From a virus: a stretch of DNA of 64,000 nt. Made by a program: the position numbers and the translations under genes. Below, piece by piece: positions 29,284 through 39,561 of the stretch. The notes under the pieces are model-generated. The model did not search any database, was not told where the DNA came from, and worked only from the letters and a program-made list of their open reading frames with translations. Where the stretch lies: IMG/VR virus record IMGVR_UViG_3300031951_009873, positions 1 to 64,000 of that record; one strand, given 5' to 3'. Positions within the stretch are counted from its first letter, which is position 1, and each line of letters begins with the position of its first letter.

Positions 29284-29795
29284 GCTACAAAGATGAATTA
29301 ACAAATGCTATGAAACTGTTGATGGATAAACCAGAAACAGTTTTCATCGGTCAACAAATCGTGTACTACGGTAATCCTATGTCAAAAACAATTGAGGGAC
29401 TACCAAAAGAACGAATGATAGAAACTCCCGTTATGGAAGAAACTCAGATGGGAATGACACTGGGTATGGCTATGGCTGGTAAATTAGTAGTAAGTTTCTA
29501 TCCACGGTGGGACTTTGTAATTTCTGCGATGAACCAATTGGTAAATCACCTTGATAAGTACACACTTATGACCGGTAAAAATGTTCATGTGATTATACGT
29601 GTTGGTAAAGGTTCGGATAAACCTCTGGACCCGGGCCATCAACATAAGGCAAATTACATAAAGCCGTTTGGTGAAATATTAAAAACGATAACCTTACTAG
29701 ATTGCACAACAGTAGAAAGTGTAAGAAAAAATTATAATACAGCAATAAACACACCAGGTATCTATATCATAAACGAATATCCTGAGGTATATTAA
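29280..29795 (+). CDS. ThDP-dependent E1 beta/transketolase pyrimidine-binding subunit (short)
   Basis: FIGQ, ETPVMEE..MG..LG.A, NQLVNHLDK, PGHQH. Confidence 0.8.
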   Translation: MSYKDELTNAMKLLMDKPETVFIGQQIVYYGNPMSKTIEGLPKERMIETPVMEETQMGMTLGMAMAGKLVVSFYPRWDFVISAMNQLVNHLDKYTLMTGKNVHVIIRVGKGSDKPLDPGHQHKANYIKPFGEILKTITLLDCTTVESVRKNYNTAINTPGIYIINEYPEVY

Positions 29796-29796
29796 T

Positions 29797-30666
29797 ATGC
29801 AAAATGGAATATTATTTTTAGGTGATAGTTTTACATGGGGAGAGGGATTAGAACTTTATTGTGATACACCTAAATGGATTGAAGAACGAACCCAACAAAA
29901 TGGTTGGCCAACATTATCAACTAAACAAGACGAAGATGGTATTCGTTTTCGTGAAGAAAATAGATTTTCTAGATTAGTTGCTAATCATTTTGGTAAAATT
30001 GATTGTGTTAATGACACAAATGGAGGATGTGTAGCGGGGTATATTAATGTTGCACATAAGTTTTTATTTGATCCTGATATAAGAATTGACACCATTATTA
30101 TTCAATTTTCTATACTTGACCGAGAGCCTATTCATGGAAGTTTTAGTTGTGTGTGTGACTTTTGTAAAGCAACGGGATATCATCGATATTTTGAACAAGT
30201 AGAACACGTTATAGCAGCACTTATAAATGGTAATTTAACTGATAATCAAAAAGAAGCTTTAATATTTTTCGAAAAAAAAACAAATAGAAAGGCAACTGAC
30301 AACGATTTTTTAGATGCTCTTATTAATGTAAGAGGAATCTGGTATTCCAATTTAGTACATGATTTTTATGTCAATCATATTTTACACTGGGAAGCTTCTG
30401 GGAAACGAAAAATATATTACATAGATTCATGGGATAACGAAACAAGTTATAAATTACACAATTCAATTATACCTATAGATAAAAAAGGAATTCCTTTAAT
30501 TGGAGAAGATGATAGAAAATATCAAATATGGACCAAGTGGGAGAATTCATTCGAATTTAAAAACATATCACAGCAGTTTGTGAAAACTGGAAACGGTCAC
30601 CCTACATTAAAACAACATCAACATTTAGCAAAATCTATTATACAATTTTTAGAAGAAAGACAATAG
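29797..30666 (+). CDS. SGNH/GDSL-like protein
   Basis: LGDSFTWGEG; C-terminal NGHPT...H. Confidence 0.6.
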   Translation: MQNGILFLGDSFTWGEGLELYCDTPKWIEERTQQNGWPTLSTKQDEDGIRFREENRFSRLVANHFGKIDCVNDTNGGCVAGYINVAHKFLFDPDIRIDTIIIQFSILDREPIHGSFSCVCDFCKATGYHRYFEQVEHVIAALINGNLTDNQKEALIFFEKKTNRKATDNDFLDALINVRGIWYSNLVHDFYVNHILHWEASGKRKIYYIDSWDNETSYKLHNSIIPIDKKGIPLIGEDDRKYQIWTKWENSFEFKNISQQFVKTGNGHPTLKQHQHLAKSIIQFLEERQ

Positions 30667-30679
30667 GAGAAATAGTATT

Positions 30680-30808
30680 ATGTTTAAGTTTATTAAAAAA
30701 ATATACAATTCTTATTTAGAAAAGAAAAAAAAGAAGCAGTTAGAAAAATTATACAAAGAACGGTTAGAAGAATTAAGAAAGCGTGATCCGTTCGTGTACA
30801 AGCATTGA
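30680..30808 (+). CDS. Small basic protein (42 aa; not in ORF track)
   Basis: AGGAG RBS; MFKFIKKIYNSYLEKKKKKQLEKLYKERLEELRKRDPFVYKH*; fills the gap exactly. Confidence 0.7.
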   Translation: MFKFIKKIYNSYLEKKKKKQLEKLYKERLEELRKRDPFVYKH

Positions 30809-30814
30809 TATTAC

Positions 30815-32068
30815 ATGCATAATAAAGAAACGTTTTGTATATTGCCATTCGTACATTTCTACACCCAACCAGACGGTGAGGTAAAGCCTTGCTGTATCGC
30901 AGGTGGATTTGACAATAAACAATCTTTGCGGGATAAAAATCTAGAGGATATATTTAATTCTGATGAATATAAACAACTCAGAAAAGATATGTTAACGGGA
31001 AAACGTAACAAGATGTGTGATATATGCTATAAAAAAGAGGATGCGGGGGAGTTTTCCCCTAGACATAATTATAATAACAATCTTACAATTGGTGGTCCAT
31101 GTGAATGGACTACTCCCGTGATACACGAAGATTATTCTGTACCTATCGAGTTTCAGCATATCGATATTAGATTTTCTAATCTATGTAATTTTAAGTGTAG
31201 AATGTGTAATCATTCCTTTTCTTCCCATTGGTATGAGGATTCCCAGAAAATAAAAGTGGGAAATCATCATATATATGCGACAAACGAGAACACAAAGATA
31301 ATAGAAGCAAGTAAAACAATTATCGAAGATTTACTACCGTACTTAAAAAATTTAAAGAGTGTATATTTTGCAGGTGGTGAACCATTAATTAATGAGAAGC
31401 ATTACAACTTGTTGGTTTGGTTAAGTGAAAATTTAGAGGATACCAATGACACTAATGGATTGGGTGCTCGTAAAAAGTTATCGATGCACTATAATACCAA
31501 CTTGTCAGTTTTGAAATATCGTGATTATGATTTTGTGAAGTATTGGAAGAAATTTAAACGCGTACACTTAGCTATATCATGTGACGGAATCGGTAATGTA
31601 GGAGAATACCAACGAGTTGGATTTAATCATACTACATTTATAAAAAACTTAAAAGAATTACAAACATACGCAATATCAAAGTCAACAACAGGACAAATAG
31701 ATAATATTTCGTATAGTTTTCAGTACACTACTACAATTTTTAACATAGAACACATATTTGAATTTATAAATTTTATGATGGAAAATAAATTCATTGATAG
31801 TGAAGATTGTATTAATTTTTATTATGCATGGGGTCCATTGATGTCAGTAAACAATATGTCCGATACTGATAAAAGAAGAATTACGGATATGTTTACAAAA
31901 AATATAAATAATATTTCATCAGAGATTACAAAAAGTCAGTTGACGGCGATAGTAAATTATATGAATAGTTCACCTACACATGAAATCAGTTTACTTAATG
32001 AATTGGTTACAAAACTAGATGATTTACACGGAACCGATTACAAAACTATAACTAACATACGACTATAG
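30815..32068 (+). CDS. Radical SAM enzyme with N-terminal twitch domain
   Basis: CILPF..KPCC...CDICY; CNFKCRMC; FAGGEPLI. Confidence 0.9.
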   Translation: MHNKETFCILPFVHFYTQPDGEVKPCCIAGGFDNKQSLRDKNLEDIFNSDEYKQLRKDMLTGKRNKMCDICYKKEDAGEFSPRHNYNNNLTIGGPCEWTTPVIHEDYSVPIEFQHIDIRFSNLCNFKCRMCNHSFSSHWYEDSQKIKVGNHHIYATNENTKIIEASKTIIEDLLPYLKNLKSVYFAGGEPLINEKHYNLLVWLSENLEDTNDTNGLGARKKLSMHYNTNLSVLKYRDYDFVKYWKKFKRVHLAISCDGIGNVGEYQRVGFNHTTFIKNLKELQTYAISKSTTGQIDNISYSFQYTTTIFNIEHIFEFINFMMENKFIDSEDCINFYYAWGPLMSVNNMSDTDKRRITDMFTKNINNISSEITKSQLTAIVNYMNSSPTHEISLLNELVTKLDDLHGTDYKTITNIRL

Positions 32069-32074
32069 AACAAA

Positions 32075-33013
32075 ATGAAATATATATTAGCTACGGGATG
32101 TTCATTTACAAACAATATAAGATTGAATCCAGATATACCGCAACAAGATACGGAACACAAAAGACGTTCTTGGCCGTATTATTTACAGCAAGAACTTGGA
32201 AATGAGTATTGTGTTTTAAATTATGGTGGAGCAACTAATGATAATGTGTCAATGTGTAGAATTATATTATATCACATAAATCGTTTGTTGAAAGAAAACA
32301 TAGACCCAAAAGATATAAAGATTATACTCCAATGGTCATCTGGTACTAGACAAGCAATTTATATGAGTAGACAGATGGATAAATATTCTCATAGTATGGG
32401 GCACACATTGGTCTATCATAATAATTGGGAAACAACACCCGGAGTGTTTTATTTGACAGGTGGGTTTGACCCCCCGATGGGACCTGGTAGTGCAATAGAA
32501 AAATTTGGTATATATAATGCGATAAAGTACTGGCAAGCGGAAATTATGTGGGATAACCATATCAATACCGTTATGCCTTGGTTAGAAATGTGGTTATTAC
32601 TAGAAAAAACTTGTAAAGAATTGGGCATTGATGCGTATTACATGAATATGTGGGATAACTTTTCCCACCAATCGGAGTCCAATTTTACAAAAAATGGTAA
32701 TAGCTTGCAGTTATATGGTAATCCAACCACAGATATTTGGATGGATAAAATTGAAGTTTTAAAACCATACCTTGACAAGTTACCAATAAAGTCTGATAGA
32801 CACTGGCATCATGAAAATTATAAGGGATTACTGGAATGGGCCATAGATACTAGAGATGATAATATACCTGTATTCCAAGAGTTCGATGAATATAAAGCAA
32901 AAACGTTTGAAGAGTATTTATATGCTACTGGTGGAAATTCGTGGGGACATCCTTCCGCTGAAATGATGGGAATATTTGTTAGAACAGAACTTCTTAAGTT
33001 GATAAAATTATGA
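32075..33013 (+). CDS. SGNH-like protein
   Basis: TGCSFT, SWP, GATN, QWS..R, GHPS. Confidence 0.55.
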   Translation: MKYILATGCSFTNNIRLNPDIPQQDTEHKRRSWPYYLQQELGNEYCVLNYGGATNDNVSMCRIILYHINRLLKENIDPKDIKIILQWSSGTRQAIYMSRQMDKYSHSMGHTLVYHNNWETTPGVFYLTGGFDPPMGPGSAIEKFGIYNAIKYWQAEIMWDNHINTVMPWLEMWLLLEKTCKELGIDAYYMNMWDNFSHQSESNFTKNGNSLQLYGNPTTDIWMDKIEVLKPYLDKLPIKSDRHWHHENYKGLLEWAIDTRDDNIPVFQEFDEYKAKTFEEYLYATGGNSWGHPSAEMMGIFVRTELLKLIKL

Positions 33014-35121
33014 ACTTATACAAAAAGAAATATCTATATGCGAATGGTTCTTCCGTGACTGCAGGTGGTGGGTTTGAACCAATAGAAAAAAGAACGGATG
33101 TACGGCCATTTTATGAACAAAAAGGAATCAAATTGCCCGATACACAAATTGAGTGTTCTTATCCTTATTTTATCGCAAAAAAATTGAATCTTGAACTAAT
33201 AAACGAAGCTAAAAGTGGTAGTGGTATCGATAGATTGATACGAACCACCCTAGATTGGATATTAGCTAATGAAGATATAGTAGACCAAACAATCTTTATA
33301 TTAGAACCACAGGTTGGTATACGTCTAGATTGGTATGTTTTTGAATGGCAAGACTATGGTGTGTTGAACGCACATAGGAATGGACAAGGAGAGTACCCGT
33401 TTACTCTGGTCAAAGAATATTTCGAAGACGATGTAGAGGAGCAAATCGACTGGAATCTAAAATATAAGTCAGCGATAGATGGATATTTCTCTAATTTTTA
33501 TGATCCAGATGAGCAATATAAATCTGAGTTCAAGCGATTAATATTATTTTTGGAATTTTTAAACAGTAGAAAGATAGATTATCTTGTTTCAATGCCAAGT
33601 CATTTGGATTTTGGATTGTACGAACAGTTTAAAAAAGTTATTCCGAAAAAATGTAATCTATTTTATGCATTTAAAGAAGCAATAGCAAAAGCTTCTCCTA
33701 ATGGTTGGGCAACAACCGGTCCTACTTGTGTATGGGAATATGCAAGATATTCTGAAATTTTAATATATAATGAAACTGATAGTGAAGATAATCACATAGG
33801 TTACAAGGGAAATCAAATCGTAGCAGATATAATCACGGATTATATCAGATACAACAATTTCATCAAATATTATTCTGACAAACATTCGTATAATTTAGAT
33901 GGAAATATCTATGTAAAAAATTTATCAATAAAGTTTGATAGAGTAGAAAATGTTGAAGATGCAGATTTTATATATTTGGGTGATATGAACATATTCAATT
34001 ATGAGCATGTACTCAGACATTCTGGTGTATTTCACAATATCGTAGGTTATAGTGACACATTCCAAAAAATGGAAGATTATGTAAAATCAGTTGATGAAAC
34101 TTGGTCATGGTTGAGGGAAATCAATAAGAAGGGAAAAAGATTTTTTATAAAACTGTTTCATGAAAGAGTATTTACAACAACATTTATACATTTTCTTGAT
34201 TTTATGGAAAAAGAATATGGTATAAAATCTTCACAGATATGGTATCTGGACTGTAATATAACAGACTATCCATGTACTAATACTGTACCGTTGGAATTAA
34301 AACTTAGATCATTTGCTGCGTTAGATGCCTCAGAGGGTATAGTGGATGTAGATGTTTTTAATAAACCGGATGATAACTTTAGAAACAAAAAACTAATTTC
34401 GTTGAATAATAAAGTTACCTTTAATAGATTGTTGGTATTTGATAGAATATTAAAAGAATACAATGACCACAATTTACTAAGAAAAGAGAACATAATTTCT
34501 ATGAGAGAGGATGGTGGAGTAAATGTACCATCAAATGAACCTCTATTTTCTCGTAACTTGAAAAATGATATACGTAGGTATGCGGATATACAACTCCCAT
34601 GGTATATTGATTCTTGGACCAGAGAAACACAACAAGTAAACGCAAGTGAAGTGTTATTGGATATTATAAATTATCATAGACAATGCATATTTTCAATAAC
34701 AAACGAAACGGAAAGACAATTATATTATGAATATGATATGACACGTGATTATGAACTGCTAAAAGAAATACAGTTCAGTGAAAAATGTATAGTGCCTATA
34801 CTTGGGGGAGTATTTCCGTTCATCATAACCGATGGATTATTTTATAGAAATATGGAAAAAATTGGATTTGACTTTAGTTATCTTAAAAAGTTCTTTGACA
34901 TAGATTATTTAACAAATACCTTAAGTCAAAATACAGAATCGGTTTCAAAAATAGCAAAGTTTGTAGCAAACACATCTATTGAAGAATTAAACAAATTTAG
35001 AAAAGAAAACTATCACTATATTAAACATAATAGAAAATTATTATTAGATATTATGATAGGTGATTGCGGAGAAACAGAATTGAAATTTTGGGAAAGGCTT
35101 AGTGGAAAAAGCCTACGATGA
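33010..35121 (+). CDS. SGNH-like + GT10-like fusion protein
   Basis: N-terminal NGSSVTAG...KSGSG...DNHIG..GN; C-terminal LISLNN...NR, ITNET, FSEKCIVPI...PFII...IGFD. Confidence 0.5.
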   Translation: MNLYKKKYLYANGSSVTAGGGFEPIEKRTDVRPFYEQKGIKLPDTQIECSYPYFIAKKLNLELINEAKSGSGIDRLIRTTLDWILANEDIVDQTIFILEPQVGIRLDWYVFEWQDYGVLNAHRNGQGEYPFTLVKEYFEDDVEEQIDWNLKYKSAIDGYFSNFYDPDEQYKSEFKRLILFLEFLNSRKIDYLVSMPSHLDFGLYEQFKKVIPKKCNLFYAFKEAIAKASPNGWATTGPTCVWEYARYSEILIYNETDSEDNHIGYKGNQIVADIITDYIRYNNFIKYYSDKHSYNLDGNIYVKNLSIKFDRVENVEDADFIYLGDMNIFNYEHVLRHSGVFHNIVGYSDTFQKMEDYVKSVDETWSWLREINKKGKRFFIKLFHERVFTTTFIHFLDFMEKEYGIKSSQIWYLDCNITDYPCTNTVPLELKLRSFAALDASEGIVDVDVFNKPDDNFRNKKLISLNNKVTFNRLLVFDRILKEYNDHNLLRKENIISMREDGGVNVPSNEPLFSRNLKNDIRRYADIQLPWYIDSWTRETQQVNASEVLLDIINYHRQCIFSITNETERQLYYEYDMTRDYELLKEIQFSEKCIVPILGGVFPFIITDGLFYRNMEKIGFDFSYLKKFFDIDYLTNTLSQNTESVSKIAKFVANTSIEELNKFRKENYHYIKHNRKLLLDIMIGDCGETELKFWERLSGKSLR

Positions 35122-35122
35122 T

Positions 35123-35836
35123 ATGAAAGTACTATATTCCAATGGAGATTCCGTTATCTGGGGAGCAGAATTAGAAAACAAAACAGAGGAAAGATTTTCA
35201 AAGTTATTAGCAGATAAGTTGAAAATGGTTGATTGCAACAATGCTTCTGCTGGGGTGTCAAACGACTATATCTACCGACAAACGATGAGAGATGTCTCTC
35301 ATTGGTTAGACACTAAACAAATATGGAGTGAAGAATCTGATTGGGTCAGCGCAGATGAAATCCTTATAATTATTGGGTGGACCTCCCCTACCAGATTTGA
35401 ATGGTGGAACGGACAACAATACATTCAAGAAAGATTGTGGACAGGATATGATAAGTGGGGCAATCCAGACTTACATAGAACTACAGAAGATGAGTTCGTA
35501 TTGCATCAAACAGAACTTATTCCATCTTATATACGAACGCTAAACCATATTAATGCTTTACATGCATTTCTTACAGTAAATACAATTCCTCATTATTTTT
35601 TCAATGTGTTCTATGAATATGAAGACTTATACGAACCAACGGATAAAATAGACACTTTTGGTAGAAAAAATTACCAATTATCGACAAATTCTTTGTTAAA
35701 ACTCACTCCAAACTCGTTTAGAAGCAAGACGATGTATAATTATATAAAGGAGAACGGGGGTGGATTTTTACCTAGAAATCACCCCGATAAACTGTCCCAC
35801 AAGTTATGGGCGGAGTTTTTATTTAAGGAGGTTTGA
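35123..35836 (+). CDS. SGNH-like protein (DUF6071-like)
   Basis: NGDSVIWG, GVSND.I.R.T, GWTSP.R.E, NHP...H..WA. Confidence 0.6.
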   Translation: MKVLYSNGDSVIWGAELENKTEERFSKLLADKLKMVDCNNASAGVSNDYIYRQTMRDVSHWLDTKQIWSEESDWVSADEILIIIGWTSPTRFEWWNGQQYIQERLWTGYDKWGNPDLHRTTEDEFVLHQTELIPSYIRTLNHINALHAFLTVNTIPHYFFNVFYEYEDLYEPTDKIDTFGRKNYQLSTNSLLKLTPNSFRSKTMYNYIKENGGGFLPRNHPDKLSHKLWAEFLFKEV

Positions 35837-37467
35837 TGTACATAATTGGAATATCGTGTTTCTATCACGATTCGTCTATTTGTTTGTTCAAGGATGGTGA
35901 ATTGGTTTTTGCGTGTGAAGAAGAAAGGTTTACTGGCAAAAAACACGATTCGTCGTTCCCCCACAACGGATTGCGTTACATATTAGACACGTACAAGATA
36001 CGTTTAGATGAAATAGAAAAGTTTTGCTTCTACGAAACCCCAGCACTAAAGCTGGGCAGAATAGTCAAAAACTACATCCGACATCCTATTTCGTCGTTTT
36101 CATTTACTAAACAATCCTTGATAAACTGGTATAAGAATGCCCAAACTCTACGAAAAGAGGTTGGGAATAATGTCTATTACCAGCCACATCATCATTCCCA
36201 TCTATATTATTCGTACTATACATCTATGTTCAAAGATGCAGTAGTTGTATCGGTCGATGGTGTGGGGGAAACAGATACCGCAACCGTAGCGATTGTCAAA
36301 GACGGTAAATTTACATTCAAACCACTAATGAAATACCCACAGTCATTGGGACTATTTTACTCTGCGATGACTTCGTTCTTAGGGTTCAAACCCAACAACG
36401 GCGAATATAAGTTGATGGGGCTAGCTGGGTTTGGTAATCCTCACATATACTACGACAGAGTTAGTAGTTTAAGTATGAAACACTTTGTATGGGACAAGTC
36501 TAATGAAGTAATGTTCAATGAGAACTTATCAAAGGAATTAGGAATCCCAAATAGACTCCCAGAAGAAGAAATATTACAAGTCCATAAAGATATTGCCGCA
36601 GCAACTCAACTGGTATACGAACATAATTTGTTCTCGTTGTTAGACCAAGTAGCCAAAGAAACCGATATCAGAAACTTGTGCCTCGGTGGTGGATGTGCAT
36701 ACAACGGGGTGGCTAACGGTAAAATAAAGAACATCACTCCGTTTACAGAATTATGGATACCACCCGCTCCATCTGATGCTGGGTCGTCTGTTGGTGCCGT
36801 ACTAGGATATTTACGACACCAAAATGGATTTGAACATCGGGTAAAAGAAACCCCGTTCCTAGGACCAGAATATTCTGACGAAGATATTATCAACCAACTA
36901 CCAGGAGTAAAGCTAAAGAAAGTCAGTGATAGTAAATTATACGAACTGGTTTCCCAAGAATTACAGAAGGGGAAAGTAGTTGGGTGGCTCAGAGGTAAGT
37001 CTGAATTCGGTGCAAGAGCATTAGGGCATCGGTCAATCCTAGCAAACCCATTCATCGATGGAACCAGAGATAAGGTAAACAGTATCATTAAGAAGAGAGA
37101 AGGGTTTCGTCCGTTTGCACCTATGGTCCGCTATGATATTCAATCTGAATATTTTCACGAAGAGGACTATGTTCCGTATATGAACCAAGTGGTTAATGTC
37201 AAGGAAGAACATCGAAACTTATTGAAAGAAGTGTCAAATGTCGATGGTACGGCTAGAATACAGAGTGTGAAACGGGCTGAGAACCCTACCATCCATAAGT
37301 TACTTACGAAGTTCTCAGAAGTATCGGGTAATCCACCCATCCTATTGAATACATCATTTAATGTTCGGGGTCAAACGATGGTCTTGACACCACGCATGGC
37401 ATATGATACATTTATAAGTACCGATATTGGCGTACTAGTATTAAATAATTTTATTATAATAAAGTGA
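35836..37467 (+). CDS. O-carbamoyltransferase (NodU/CmcH/TobZ family)
   Basis: HDSS, EEERF..KHD, HH.SH, DGVGE, EYKLMGLA, GG.A.N, EFGARALG.RSILA, RE.FRPFAP, LNTSFN. Confidence 0.95.
   Translation: MYIIGISCFYHDSSICLFKDGELVFACEEERFTGKKHDSSFPHNGLRYILDTYKIRLDEIEKFCFYETPALKLGRIVKNYIRHPISSFSFTKQSLINWYKNAQTLRKEVGNNVYYQPHHHSHLYYSYYTSMFKDAVVVSVDGVGETDTATVAIVKDGKFTFKPLMKYPQSLGLFYSAMTSFLGFKPNNGEYKLMGLAGFGNPHIYYDRVSSLSMKHFVWDKSNEVMFNENLSKELGIPNRLPEEEILQVHKDIAAATQLVYEHNLFSLLDQVAKETDIRNLCLGGGCAYNGVANGKIKNITPFTELWIPPAPSDAGSSVGAVLGYLRHQNGFEHRVKETPFLGPEYSDEDIINQLPGVKLKKVSDSKLYELVSQELQKGKVVGWLRGKSEFGARALGHRSILANPFIDGTRDKVNSIIKKREGFRPFAPMVRYDIQSEYFHEEDYVPYMNQVVNVKEEHRNLLKEVSNVDGTARIQSVKRAENPTIHKLLTKFSEVSGNPPILLNTSFNVRGQTMVLTPRMAYDTFISTDIGVLVLNNFIIIK
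37384..37412 (+). promoter_or_regulatory. Possible sigma70 promoter inside the 3' end of the carbamoyltransferase gene
   Basis: TTGACA-N17-TACATT with extended TGn, 64 nt upstream of ATG 37477. Confidence 0.4.
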
Positions 37468-37476
37468 GGAAGTGTT

Positions 37477-37881
37477 ATGAGTGAAAGAAAGTATTTGCCC
37501 ACCTTAGCAGAGCTTGTGGATAGACTATCTATTTCGCAGCTGAAAGAAGTATTCATCCCACAACATAAGGGTGAGTATTCACAAGAAATTAAAGATATTG
37601 TTCACGATATTCAACTAGTACTGGACGAACAGCAAGGTGCGATTACCGCCGAAACTATTCGTGCTATTGTAGTATTGGCACAGATGAATCTACACATTTG
37701 GCATAACGAATCAAACTATCGTAAGGGTATCAAGGAGGGTAACAATCTTGAACTTACCCACGGTATCAATGGTATTCGTAACACCGCCAAGAACAAGATT
37801 CAAGAAATCGTTGGTGGTCGGAAGGACTACAAGATTGATTGTTTAGCGGCTGAATTTAAAGATTGGGAAATTAGCTGGTAA
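37477..37881 (+). CDS. Hypothetical helical protein (DUF4254-like)
   Basis: LPTLAELVDRLSI.QLKE, N..IWH.E...R, N..RN..KN.I; GAGG RBS. Confidence 0.55.
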   Translation: MSERKYLPTLAELVDRLSISQLKEVFIPQHKGEYSQEIKDIVHDIQLVLDEQQGAITAETIRAIVVLAQMNLHIWHNESNYRKGIKEGNNLELTHGINGIRNTAKNKIQEIVGGRKDYKIDCLAAEFKDWEISW

Positions 37882-37882
37882 C

Positions 37883-38839
37883 ATGAAGAAATATAAATAT
37901 TTGGTAGTGTGTGGATGTTCGTTATCATACGGTCAGCACTGTCCTGCCAATCAAACTTATGCGAAATTATTAGCAGATAAGTTAGGACTGACACTAATAA
38001 ATTTGTCTACTCCAGCTACTGGTTGGTACTCGGTGGAAACAAATATAACATCATTTATACAAAATAACAAAAGTATACTTGATGAATGTTTTTTCATACT
38101 ACAAAAATCAATGTTGGATAGGCGAGTGAACTACGAAGAGGTTTCTACATGTAGAACAGATGTGTGGGAAAAATGGAACATAAAGTATATGTCACCTATC
38201 AATGTGTTATTTCATGGATTTAATGATTGGTATACATATTTTGGACAAGACAAAGCAAGGATATATACTACCAAAGATGTATCTATGTCTGAATTAGCAA
38301 TATCAATTTTTCCAGAGCATAAGCGTTCTATAGACCGACATAATCAAGGTTCATTTTACTGGAAATTGCAAGAAGGCATGTTAGATGTACAAGCAGTTTT
38401 TGAGGAAATCATGTTACATTGGGCTATGCGAATAAATTCGTTTCACTTGTTCCTTAAAAATTTAAATCTTGACCATATAATTGTTGATGGGTATTCTCCA
38501 TTTTTGTCATATAAATTAAATTTTACAAATTATTATGATACCGACGATGATTACGAAATGGTAAAAAGATTCTGGTCAACCCAACCAACCACCACTCACG
38601 CAAATACTGACTTTATTTTTGATTTTAAAAATATAAAAGCAGGATGGATATTTGATTCTATAGATACAAAATATAAGATAGATGACGTAGTACTTTGGGG
38701 ATTGTATTTATTCAAGCAAATAGGAACAGCTTGGAATATCGATGGAGGTCATGCTGGACCGCTGGGCATGCAACTGATAGCAAATACGATATATAAGAAT
38801 CTATTGAATAAAGGTTGGTTTTTGCCGGAGAATACATGA
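37883..38839 (+). CDS. SGNH-like protein
   Basis: CGCSLSYG, LINLS, C-terminal DGGHAG..G. Confidence 0.55.
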   Translation: MKKYKYLVVCGCSLSYGQHCPANQTYAKLLADKLGLTLINLSTPATGWYSVETNITSFIQNNKSILDECFFILQKSMLDRRVNYEEVSTCRTDVWEKWNIKYMSPINVLFHGFNDWYTYFGQDKARIYTTKDVSMSELAISIFPEHKRSIDRHNQGSFYWKLQEGMLDVQAVFEEIMLHWAMRINSFHLFLKNLNLDHIIVDGYSPFLSYKLNFTNYYDTDDDYEMVKRFWSTQPTTTHANTDFIFDFKNIKAGWIFDSIDTKYKIDDVVLWGLYLFKQIGTAWNIDGGHAGPLGMQLIANTIYKNLLNKGWFLPENT

Positions 38840-39561
38840 AGAAAAAATTATTAATAGGAGGATGTTCCTTCTCACAGTATCAAGGCCCTCCAACAGAAAG
38901 TCGTAAACCAAAATGGAAGCCGTGGACGGATTTTTTGATGGACGAATTTGAAGAAAAATTTAAAATCATAAACCGTGCGCAGAGTTCATTTGGCCAAGGT
39001 ATGATTGCGCAATCTATTGTCGAAGAATTAATAAGATACAATTTTGAAGTTGATTATGTAATAATACAATGGTCAGCTATAGGTAGGTCTTATTCATTGA
39101 ATAAAAAAGATTTCATCGATAGAGTAGTTCAGCATGGAGAATTACAATTCGCACCACATATGGAGGAGTACGTTACTGGTAAGCCAGAAGGGCAGGTAAC
39201 AGGTAACAATCCTCTTATGGATGTGATAAATGAAACTTCTTCACATTTTTATACAGCATCTCTAATAAAAATATTGATGACGAAGGCACTATTGGAAAAC
39301 AAAAAGATTCCATACATAATGTTCTGGGGATGGCAGCAAATTACTACGGAAATTGAATACGAAAATAAAAAGATAATAGATTCAATTTATGATGAAAATT
39401 TTTGGAGATTTAATGATAATGGTGGAATGAACGAGTACATAGTATCTAATTTAGGAAAAGAGATAGGATTGGTGGGTAAAGGTGATTTTCATCCATCTAC
39501 CACTGGGCAAAAGTTTTTTTATGATAATATAGTTAAGTCTTGGAAGTTTTTATGGGAGTAA
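38836..39561 (+). CDS. SGNH-like protein
   Basis: GGCSFS, QWS..R, DFHPS..G. Confidence 0.55.
   Translation: MKKKLLIGGCSFSQYQGPPTESRKPKWKPWTDFLMDEFEEKFKIINRAQSSFGQGMIAQSIVEELIRYNFEVDYVIIQWSAIGRSYSLNKKDFIDRVVQHGELQFAPHMEEYVTGKPEGQVTGNNPLMDVINETSSHFYTASLIKILMTKALLENKKIPYIMFWGWQQITTEIEYENKKIIDSIYDENFWRFNDNGGMNEYIVSNLGKEIGLVGKGDFHPSTTGQKFFYDNIVKSWKFLWE

Noticed and set aside
22870-29795. Pyruvate dehydrogenase auxiliary metabolic genes (pdhA/pdhB)
   Set aside because: Both subunits are truncated, E2/E3 are absent, and they sit among sugar-nucleotide enzymes
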